NCBI GenBank assembly: GCA_049969675.1
Contig: JBMFOP010000081.1
Span: forward strand, 1 to 13,503
Direction of reading: 5' to 3'
From: Myxococcota bacterium
GTDB lineage: Bacteria > Myxococcota > SpSt-1050
DNA length: 13,503 bases
A program made the translations under genes and the position numbers. The first letter of the stretch is position 1; every line of letters starts with the position of its first letter. The notes beneath the pieces were generated by a model that worked only from the letters and a program-made list of their open reading frames with translations, was not told where the DNA came from and did not search any database. Shown piece after piece: positions 1 to 8,161 of the stretch.

Positions 1-1354
1 CTGCCTCTGCCCTCTTTTTAGCCTCTTCTTCCTGTTTGAGTTTTCTCTTCTTTTCTCTCTCAATATCCTCCTTCTTGTTCTTTAACTTCTTCTCTGCCTC
101 TGTTATATATTTTGCAACCCTCTTCCCGTTTTCAGAATTTTCATCAATATGTGATAAATACTCTTTCAGGTATTTTATTGAATCTAAATATCTCTGAATT
201 GTATCTCGCCCCTCAAACTCTCTGTCCATATCCAGATAGAGTATCCCGAGATTAAAGAGGGTCTCGTATAGATTCGGTCTCTCCTTTAAGAGCTCAAAAT
301 ATATCTTTTCTGCCTCCTCATATTGTTTCTCACCTCTCAATGCATTGGCGAGATTCAATTTCGCCTCATAAAACTTTGCATTATATCGCAAGGCAATCCT
401 GAATTCCTGAATTGCCGCCCTGTAATCCTCTGCTGTGGAATAGAGTACTCCCAGATTATTATGAACCTCTGGAAGGTCATATCTAATGCTAACTGCCTTT
501 TTTAACATCTCAATAGCTGCTGGCAGATTATTATTTTGCTTATAAATGAACGAGTATTCAATATATATCTTTTCATTATCTGGGGCTATCTCTTTTGCAT
601 TATCCAGAATATTCTGTGCTAGCTCAAATTTCTTATCCCTTATATATGTCCTCGCGAGGAGAACCATAGTCTCGGCATTCTTCTCATCCACCTTTAGAGT
701 CTTCATTGCATTCTTTCTCGCATCTTCAATCCTGTTGGTCTTGAGATAAAGCATTGTAAGTGCATTCTTGAGCTTGCTTGACCTCTTAAATTTACCTATC
801 TGGTCCAGAATAAATCTCTCAGCATCCTGAGGTCTTCCCATTTTGACATATAACATCGTAAGATTTTCAGCGGCCATAAAATAGTCTGGCTTTGCCTTTA
901 GCGCCGCAAGATAATATCTCTCCGCCGAAGGGAAATCACCCTTCCACTCATATATTAAAGCAATGTTATAGTAAGCCTTATAAAGTCTCGGGTCGGATTT
1001 TACCGCCCCCTCAAACATCTGAATTGCATCCTCAGGTTTTATATAAGCAATCTTAAGAGCTTCATTGAAGGTATTCAGCGCTGTCGGATTAAATTCTATT
1101 TTCTCTTCCTCATCTTCAACCTTCATCCCGACAGATTCCAGATTTGGTCCGGTCTCCTCCTCCTCTATCTTCTCTGAAACCTCCTCTTTCTTCTCCCCTT
1201 TTATGGAGACCTCTTCCTTCTTTACCTCCTCCTTTGCCGCCTCCTGAACAGGTTGCGTGAGAACCTCCTCCTTCTTCTTGCCGGTTGCGCAGGCAAATAG
1301 GGCAATTAAAATAAGGGTACTCAAACTATATTTTACAAATACCTTTAAATTCAT
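1..1354 (-). CDS. TPR-repeat lipoprotein, GltE/AglT-like; 3'-truncated by the window edge (451 codons visible)
   Basis: Not in the ORF track; translated by hand. ATG at 1354, 6 nt after the upstream TGA. It reads MNLKVFVKYSLSTLILIALFA-CATGKKKEEV..., with lipobox LFAC (Cys22 at 1289-1291), an E/K-rich linker, and many TPRs (KAYYNIALIYEWKGDFPSAERYY, EVHNNLGVLYSTAEDYRAAIQEF, EAKLNLANALRGEKQYEEAEKIY, ETLFNLGILYLD). A charged coiled-coil tail stays open to position 1. A TPR lipoprotein directly after a GltD-like gene matches the gltD-gltE order; orthology is inferred. Confidence 0.85.
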   Translation of the reverse strand, partial: MNLKVFVKYSLSTLILIALFACATGKKKEEVLTQPVQEAAKEEVKKEEVSIKGEKKEEVSEKIEEEETGPNLESVGMKVEDEEEKIEFNPTALNTFNEALKIAYIKPEDAIQMFEGAVKSDPRLYKAYYNIALIYEWKGDFPSAERYYLAALKAKPDYFMAAENLTMLYVKMGRPQDAERFILDQIGKFKRSSKLKNALTMLYLKTNRIEDARKNAMKTLKVDEKNAETMVLLARTYIRDKKFELAQNILDNAKEIAPDNEKIYIEYSFIYKQNNNLPAAIEMLKKAVSIRYDLPEVHNNLGVLYSTAEDYRAAIQEFRIALRYNAKFYEAKLNLANALRGEKQYEEAEKIYFELLKERPNLYETLFNLGILYLDMDREFEGRDTIQRYLDSIKYLKEYLSHIDENSENGKRVAKYITEAEKKLKNKKEDIEREKKRKLKQEEEAKKRAEA

Positions 1355-1360
1355 AAAATC

Positions 1361-4300
1361 TCAATCTTCATCAATCTTCTTTGTCTCCTCTTTCTTCTCT
1401 ATCTTCTCCTGTTTATCAGGGGCCCTCTTCTCTTCCTTCATATCCTTCTTTGGCTCTTCCTCCTCATCTACCTTCTTCCCACTTCCTTCTTTTGCCTCGT
1501 TTACTGGTTTTTGTTCGTCCTTTTTTTGCACATTCTGTAAACCCTTCTCTTCAATCTTCTGAGCAGGAGGCTGTAATGATTCATCCCTCAACATCTCCAC
1601 CTTTGTTATGGCATCAAATGAGTTGACTGCCACAAAATCCTCAGTGGCAATATTTATCGGGTCTTTCATAAGTGGATATTTATTTGGTGAGAGTTTATTT
1701 AAGCTCTCAAGCGTCTTTTTAGTCCACTCATTGACCACCTTCAATTCTATAGCCTTCTTCCTTGCCTTTTCATAGAGTGCTATAGCAGCCTCTTCAATAG
1801 GTGCGGCAAATTCAGCAAGCGAAGATTGATAGACTATCTTTTCTTCCTCGGTCTTTAGCTCCTTCGGAAGTGGTGCCTCGTAGAACGATTCAGCAAATCT
1901 CTGTTTTGCATAACCAATCTTATACATAGCAGCCAGTATCCACTCTCCAACCAGATATTTTGCAATGTTGGAATATGCCTCCTCAACCTTCAGGTTCCAT
2001 TTTGCCTTCTCGTTTAATTGCTGTTTCAATATCTTTTGATTCTGGGTGCCCCCTATTTTTATCTTCTCATACTGTGCGAAGAGCTCCTCCGCCTTCATAA
2101 ATTCGCACTTCGCTGCCAGATATGCCGGTTTGTTATTCCCCGGTGGGAGCCTTCTCTTTTCAAACTCGGCAATAGTCTTATCGTAGTACTGTCTGGCGAG
2201 CTTCATATTCTTCATCTTCTCATAGGTCTCACCTATCTTATAAGTAAGTTCAACAATGGTCCCGCCCTGTTTTGGGTCTTTATAAAACTTATTGATATAT
2301 TTCTCTGCCGTCTTTATCAGATTATTGTAGTCTTTCGCCTTCTCATAGACGATTATTGATTTATAGAATGCAAATGGCGCCTTCTCATGATTCGGGAACA
2401 TCTCTGCAAATCTCAAATACTGCCTTGCCGCCTCATCGTATCTCTGAAGATTCTCAAGGGCATTTGCCGCATTGAATAGAGCAGGGGCACGATTCTTTGA
2501 TTCAGGATATTTCTCCACGAGCATCAGGTAGTTGTTTATTGCCTCTTCAAACTTAAAACCGTTCTCCTGATTATATGCCACCTTAAAAAGTGCCTCATCT
2601 GCAAATGAAGACTTAGGGTACTCCTTAAATATTCTTTCATAGACAGTGGCAGCTGATTCAAATCTTCTGGACATCTCAAATGCATAAGCCGCATTCTGTA
2701 ATGCCTTGTCAGCATATTCGTGTTTGGGCTTCTTATTGACGAATTTAATAAGTTCAGTGGCTGCCTCTTCATACTTCTTTGCCTCAAAGAGGGTCATCGC
2801 ATAAGAGAAGAGGGCACCACCTTCAAGAATATTCATCTCCTCATTAAACTTCTCATCTCCAAAACCTTTCTTCTGAAAATCCTCGGTTACCTTTGCAAGA
2901 TTTATCCAATCCTTATATACCAGATATGTCTGTGTTATCAGGCGGGCTGCAACCTTTGCCCTATCACTCTTTGGGTATTTATCCACAATAAATTTGAGCC
3001 TCTCCCTCGCCTCATCAATGTGAAACCTCTGATAATAGACCAGTGCGAGTGTAAACTGATAATCCGGCACCTTCTCATAATCGGGGTAGTTTTTGATAAC
3101 ATATTCAATGGCTGAGATATATTTCTGTCTGAGTTCATCGATCGGAAGCGGCTTAATCTGTGATGGGTCTTTGATATCCTTTGCCTGCCAGGTAGTATAC
3201 TCCTCAATCTTCTTCTCCTTCAGCAGTCTGTTTATCTCATCCTCATATGCAACGGGCGCATAAATGGCTGATTCCCTCTTATATTGAGTACCCGCCGGAG
3301 AGTCCCTCACATTCTCATATTCACGAGCGGCGTCCAGAAAACGAAGCGAATAATATAATGCGTCGGCATAGTAGTAGTTCATCTCATATGCCTCTTTGGA
3401 GTTCTTAAACAACCTCAAATACTCTGCATAGGCGTCAGCGGCCTTTTTGAAGTATTCAATCGCCTCCTCCTGCTTTCCAGCGTTTTTGTAAAATTGTGCC
3501 TGCTGGTGAATATATAGAGCCGCGGTATACAGTGCCCTTTCAATTAGAGAATTTGCATTTGCCCTTGCCTCCGGGTCATCTTTATTCCTTTTAAACCATT
3601 CAGAGTTTTCAGAATAGTTCCTGACCAGAATCATCCTCTCTCTTGACGCAGCCTCATTGTCTTTTTCACCTATCAGATAGCTATTAATAATCTTCTCCTG
3701 AATCAGCGGTGCCTGGGGTGAATATGGGTCAAGAGTCAGATAATGTTTATATGCCTCAACCGCGGCTGCAAAGTTTGACTTCCCTTCAAGGACAAGGCCG
3801 GGCGTCTGATACAGAAGGTCACCCATCTCCAGAAAGACCTCTTTTTCATAGGGCGGGTTCTTCCGCTGCTTGAAGAATTCAATGAGGCGACTTACACCGG
3901 AATTACTCCAGTGGTCATCAGCAAAGCAGATCGCAATATATTTAATAGATTCTGGCCTCATCTCTGACTGTAGTTTGATATCAGTCCCCTTCTTTGCATC
4001 GTAAAATTCAATCAGGTCAGCAAAGAGATTGACAGCCTTTGCAAGGTCATCCTTTCTATAATATGTCCAGGCGAGTTTATAGAGTGCGTTTGGATACAGG
4101 ATTGACTCCTTATCAACCATTGCCTTCCTGTATGAATCTATTGCCTTATCCAGTTCTGGTGGGTCAGCGTCATCAAAGTAATAATTACCTATTCTCATCC
4201 AGCTTTCAGCATAAAATTTGCTCTTTGGATAATTCTGAACTAATCTGTAAAAGACCTCCACCGCCTCCTTCTTCTCATCCTGTTCATACAGCGCATAACC

Positions 4301-4990
4301 GAGCAGATAATAGACCGCATCCATATATTGATAATCTGGGAAGTCAGATACAATTCTCTGATATAATTTTATACAATTCTCAAGCCTCTTTCTCGGCTTC
4401 TCCGGCAGGGACTTAATCTTGCCATCCTCATAATCTTTTTCCAGTTGTGCATAACTATCAGTAGCCATAAAGTATTCATCTGTCGCCTTCTCAAAATATA
4501 GTTCTGCAAGTCTGAACATTGCATGGGGGGTATATCGTGGGTCATTGGGATATTTTCTCAAAAATTCCTCAAGCCGGGCAATGGCTGTATCTCTGAGTGA
4601 TCTCTGCTCTGCCTCAAGTTGCTGAATGGATTTTTCGTATATTCCCAGGACACTTTCCCGTTTTGTATCCCTCTTTAACTTAACTATAGTCACTATCTCC
4701 TGCTTATACTCGGTAGCCGCCTTCTCAAACTGCTCCACCACCTGAGTGACCTCTTTTATAAGTCTGTCATATTCACTCTCTGGCTTCAACCCTGGTGCTG
4801 ATACAGATTCTGTCTTCTTCTCAGTGGCTGCCCCCTTCTGCTCCGATTTTAAGTCCACCTTATCTTTTTTAGGTTCACACTTTTTTGCTGGCTCTTCTTT
4901 ACACTCCGTCTCCTGTGCAAGAAGTTCAAATGGGTATATCATAACAGCGAGGCATACAATCAACAATATATATGTGAAAAACCTACTCAT
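1361..4990 (-). CDS. Large periplasmic TPR protein (1209 aa), GltD/AgmU (NfsD)-like
   Basis: Sec-type signal peptide (MSRFFTYILLIVCLAVMIYPFELLAQ) and many TPRs with 'YPxS' caps (HAMFRLAELYFE, AVYYLLGYALYE, ESWMRIGNYYFD, ALYKLAWTYYR, EALFKVAYNQE). The C-terminal block EWILAAMYKIG..FAESFYEAPLPKEL..EE..VYQSSLAEFAAPIEEAAIALYEKARKKAIELKVVNEW is typical, from recall, of myxobacterial GltD/AgmU-family proteins. It ends in a K/E-rich disordered tail. Confidence 0.8.
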   Translation of the reverse strand: MSRFFTYILLIVCLAVMIYPFELLAQETECKEEPAKKCEPKKDKVDLKSEQKGAATEKKTESVSAPGLKPESEYDRLIKEVTQVVEQFEKAATEYKQEIVTIVKLKRDTKRESVLGIYEKSIQQLEAEQRSLRDTAIARLEEFLRKYPNDPRYTPHAMFRLAELYFEKATDEYFMATDSYAQLEKDYEDGKIKSLPEKPRKRLENCIKLYQRIVSDFPDYQYMDAVYYLLGYALYEQDEKKEAVEVFYRLVQNYPKSKFYAESWMRIGNYYFDDADPPELDKAIDSYRKAMVDKESILYPNALYKLAWTYYRKDDLAKAVNLFADLIEFYDAKKGTDIKLQSEMRPESIKYIAICFADDHWSNSGVSRLIEFFKQRKNPPYEKEVFLEMGDLLYQTPGLVLEGKSNFAAAVEAYKHYLTLDPYSPQAPLIQEKIINSYLIGEKDNEAASRERMILVRNYSENSEWFKRNKDDPEARANANSLIERALYTAALYIHQQAQFYKNAGKQEEAIEYFKKAADAYAEYLRLFKNSKEAYEMNYYYADALYYSLRFLDAAREYENVRDSPAGTQYKRESAIYAPVAYEDEINRLLKEKKIEEYTTWQAKDIKDPSQIKPLPIDELRQKYISAIEYVIKNYPDYEKVPDYQFTLALVYYQRFHIDEARERLKFIVDKYPKSDRAKVAARLITQTYLVYKDWINLAKVTEDFQKKGFGDEKFNEEMNILEGGALFSYAMTLFEAKKYEEAATELIKFVNKKPKHEYADKALQNAAYAFEMSRRFESAATVYERIFKEYPKSSFADEALFKVAYNQENGFKFEEAINNYLMLVEKYPESKNRAPALFNAANALENLQRYDEAARQYLRFAEMFPNHEKAPFAFYKSIIVYEKAKDYNNLIKTAEKYINKFYKDPKQGGTIVELTYKIGETYEKMKNMKLARQYYDKTIAEFEKRRLPPGNNKPAYLAAKCEFMKAEELFAQYEKIKIGGTQNQKILKQQLNEKAKWNLKVEEAYSNIAKYLVGEWILAAMYKIGYAKQRFAESFYEAPLPKELKTEEEKIVYQSSLAEFAAPIEEAAIALYEKARKKAIELKVVNEWTKKTLESLNKLSPNKYPLMKDPINIATEDFVAVNSFDAITKVEMLRDESLQPPAQKIEEKGLQNVQKKDEQKPVNEAKEGSGKKVDEEEEPKKDMKEEKRAPDKQEKIEKKEETKKIDED

Positions 4991-4993
4991 AAA

Positions 4994-7297
4994 TCACTTC
5001 TCAATATCAAACTCAAACTCTTCCTGAACACCCTTTATCTCTTTAGCCTGATCCTCTCTCAACTTCCCTATCTTCTAATCTACCTCCTCCTTCTGCTTCC
5101 ACGCTACATCTACAATTCCAACATCCGCCTTGAGTACCAGGTCCGAGAATAGTTTATTCACCTGTCTGAAGCCAGCATAACCAATCTTACCAACCAGTTC
5201 CTTTGAATCATCAGTCATTATATTGGCTTCCTTCTTATATTCTTCAAGATTCTTCTTCTCCCGCTCAATGATCTCTGTTAGAGCCTTTGCCTTCTTATCA
5301 ACAGCGGCATCAATTCTCGCATCAAATTTCTTAAATTCCTCTTCGTGCTGATTCAATCTTGAGATGAGGTTATCCACCCTATTTAGATACCCGCTATCCT
5401 CCTGAGAGAGGCGATTCTTAAAGTTGTCAAACAACCTCCTCTCATCATCCTCAACCTTTTTTAACTCCAGTCTCTTATTCTGGTCTTCAGATAGGACGCT
5501 CAATGCCCCGATTTTACCTCTCTCCTTCTTTATCTCAGCAGTATAGATTGCTATATCCTGCTCAATGGCATTTACATTGTCCCACTCTGTCTTAACCTTT
5601 GTGGCAAAATCCTCTTCCAGAGATTTATCTCCGAGTTTACCTTTGTTGTCATTGAGCCACTTTTCAATGGCAAAGAGCTGTGCCTTCATACCTTCAAGTG
5701 CAATCTGTAGTTGATGAATAACTTTCTCTATATCAGATATATGTTTTACTATCTCCCGTTCCTTCTCCTCTAACTCCTTAGCCCCTTTCGGTAGAGAATC
5801 AACAACCCTTCTCAATTCATCCTTCTTCTTTCTCAACTCCTCAAGGTTCTTCCTCTCATCCTGAGAGATATATTTCTCTATTATTTTAGCCCTTGTCTGA
5901 GTGATATCAGTCCGCAACTTATCAAGACCCATCTTTATATCTACCGCCTTAAGTTTCGCCTCTCTGAGTTGTGGAAATATAACAGATTTATCCGCGCTCT
6001 TCAATTTTGCCTCAATAGCATCTGCCATCACCAAAATCTCATCAATAGAGGTGACATTCCCTTTGATATCGGTGGCGATTGTAAGTGCCTTCTTTACCTT
6101 GCTGTCCGTAGATGCCCAGTTGAAAGCCACCGGTGGAAGAATCTTCTTCAATGCCATTCCATCTGGCTCTTTTAGGAGCAGATCCTCAAAGTATTGAACC
6201 GGATTATCCCTCTCTTCCAGAATTGAATGAAGCTGTTCTTTGACCGGATAATATCTATCAACCATCTCCTGAAAATTTTCAACTGCACTATTGTAATCTC
6301 CGAGCTTCATAATCACCGAGCCATAAAGTGCTTTTGCATTCAGAAGTGCCGGTGTCTCATTGGTAGACAGGAGCATAATCTCAAGCGTCTGCTTTGCCTT
6401 TTGAAATTCACCCGACTTTATATATATCCACGATATCTCATAAAGGGCCTCTTCAAAGTGTGGCGATTCCCTCTGAATACCCTGATATGCATCCAGCGCC
6501 TCTGGATACTTCCCCAATTCATAGTAGATTCTACCGATTGCAAGAGTCGCCTCTTCCTTCAGGTCCCTGTGCTCCGGGGTCTGAGGGTCAATGCCCTGAA
6601 TACTCTTGAATATCGCAAGTGCATTGTCGTAATTCTTCTTCTTTACCTCAATGACTCCCTGATAAAAGCGGGCATTGATATAATACTCGGAATTCCTATC
6701 AATCAACCCAAATATCTCACTCGCCCTTGAGAGGTCTCCCCTCTTATAGAGTGTCTTCCCCAATGTAAAATATATCCCGCTCGTAATTGAAGAGTTTGGC
6801 AGTTGCTTAACGATGTTAAAATACCTCTCAATACCTTCATAGTTATTTGTCAGGGACGCAATCTGGATTACCCTCTCAAGAGCGGTATAAAAGTACTTTT
6901 TATCACCCTTGTTGAGCAACTTATTGAAATAATTTCGTGCACCATAATAATTTTTTATCTTAAATAGCGATTCGGCAAGCAGATTGACTGCATCCCAGTA
7001 CTGGGGCTCCTTTTCATTTGCCACATCCTCAACAATATCGTAGATAAGAACCGATGCGGATTGATAATCCTGAAGATAGAATAATGTCTCAGCCCTTGCA
7101 AATCTCTTTGAGAACCTCTCTATATCAAGAGACATCTCCTCCGGTATAATATTTTCCTTCAGGATAAAGTTCATCGTCTGTTCAAGTGAATACAACTTCT
7201 TCTCATAGTTATCCAATTGCGAAGAGATACTGCTCTCCTGAGCCATTAATAGGTTCTCAAAAACTATAGATATCAGGATAACTCTTATTATTGACAT
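4994..7297 (-). CDS. Secreted TPR plus long coiled-coil protein (possibly GltC-like); 740 aa to the TAG at 5075-5077, or 767 aa if that TAG is read through to the TGA at 4994-4996
   Basis: N-terminal hydrophobic signal (MSIIRVILISIVFENLLMAQ) and GGTGG SD-like motif 7 nt upstream. TPRs in the N-terminal half (NARFYQGVIEV, EATLAIGRIYYELGKYPEALDAY, EALYEISWIY); heptad/charged coiled coil in the C-terminal half. After ...VAWKQKEEVD-TAG the frame continues KIGKLREDQAKEIKGVQEEFEFDIEK-TGA. The CDS is secure; the true C-terminus is uncertain. Confidence 0.75.
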
Positions 7298-7313
7298 CTC
7301 TTACCCACCATAA

Positions 7314-8075
7314 TCACTTTGAAGAAACCGGTGCCGCCTTCTTCTCCTCTACGACAGGCTTGACCTCCACATCAAATCTGACCGCGGGCCTATCCTTGAG
7401 GTCTGTCGTGAGACTTCCCTTCTCGTATGCCACTATCTTCACCTTTGTTATCTTCCCCTCCTCAACATAAAATGTATAACTGGACTTTATCTTAAATTTA
7501 TATTGATTCAGGTATGAGAATAGTCCAAACCCATTCCCTCTATAGACCAGATAGACACTTATTGTATGATTGCCGGGGACCATACTGGATGATGGCAGGA
7601 TCTCAAAGACATCAGTATTCTCAAGAGAACCATCCTGATTTACCTTGCTGAATATCTGGGTACCATCAAGTGAAAACGAGACCGACTCAATCTTAAAAGA
7701 TGAGCCCATCTCGTTATTAAATATTAAATTTATCCTGGCACCTGATACCTTACCCATCAGGACAGTCTCCTGAAGGAGCGTCAACCTTGCCTTGGAGCGA
7801 AAGACCCTCTCTTTGAGCTCATTTACCTTCTCCTCCAGATTCTTTATCTGAATAGAATATGCCTCATTCATAACATTTGCATTATCTACCTGCTGTGCAT
7901 TTGCTGCGGGTTTGGCTGCGGTATCTGATGCCTTTACCTCATCTGGCTGCTCACTCCTGACCTCTGTCGCTGGCTGATTCTGACTCCCCTTCTGTTCGGG
8001 GGCATTCTGCGCGATGGATAATACAGGTAATAAAATTAACAAATAAATAAGCAGTATTTTAAGATTCCAATTCAT
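7314..8075 (-). CDS. Secreted protein (253 aa): signal peptide, low-complexity linker, short coiled coil and a C-terminal beta-rich domain; first gene of the TPR operon
   Basis: Signal peptide MNWNLKILLIYLLILLPVLSIAQ; Q/P/A-rich linker; coiled coil IKNLEEKVNELKERVFRSKARLTLLQETVL; beta-rich region (FSLDGTQIF...PGNHTISVYLVYRGNGFGLFSYL...FYVEEGKITKVKIVAYEKG). SD-like AAAGGGG at 8083-8089, 7 nt before the ATG. It resembles, from recall, the conserved hypothetical proteins that precede such TPR clusters in myxobacteria. Confidence 0.8.
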   Translation of the reverse strand: MNWNLKILLIYLLILLPVLSIAQNAPEQKGSQNQPATEVRSEQPDEVKASDTAAKPAANAQQVDNANVMNEAYSIQIKNLEEKVNELKERVFRSKARLTLLQETVLMGKVSGARINLIFNNEMGSSFKIESVSFSLDGTQIFSKVNQDGSLENTDVFEILPSSSMVPGNHTISVYLVYRGNGFGLFSYLNQYKFKIKSSYTFYVEEGKITKVKIVAYEKGSLTTDLKDRPAVRFDVEVKPVVEEKKAAPVSSK

Positions 8076-8110
8076 TCTTAAACCCCTTTCGAGTATAAGA
8101 CAGTAAAATA

Positions 8111-8139
8111 TTTTTAGCAGAATGCAACATAAATGTCAA
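8111..8139 (-). promoter_or_regulatory. Putative sigma70-type promoter for the TPR operon
   Basis: Minus strand reads TTGACA (8139-8134), a 17-nt spacer ending in TGC (extended -10 TGn), then TAAAAA (8116-8111). There is a T-rich UP-like tract upstream, and the site lies 35 nt before the ATG at 8075. The -10 box matches consensus at only 4/6. Confidence 0.55.
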
Positions 8140-8161
8140 AGAGAAACAAAAAAAAATTTAA

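Noticed and set aside
1352..4996. The three TPR genes share one reading frame separated only by stops, suggesting a TGA-readthrough polyprotein or TGA recoding
   Set aside because: Each downstream gene starts with its own ATG and signal peptide or lipobox, and TGA occurs only at gene ends. Frame sharing at two junctions is expected by chance about 1 time in 9.
7288..7311. Mini-ORF ATG GTG GGT AAG AGA TGT CAA TAA (MVGKRCQ) overlapping the start of the TPR/coiled-coil gene, or a frameshifted original start
   Set aside because: The GGTGG within it is well placed as the SD for the ATG at 7297, which explains the sequence without a separate ORF or frameshift.
8144..8160. Poly-T tract (minus strand) after the 554-aa gene as an intrinsic terminator
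   Set aside because: There is no preceding GC-rich hairpin; it is better explained as an UP-like element of the adjacent promoter.
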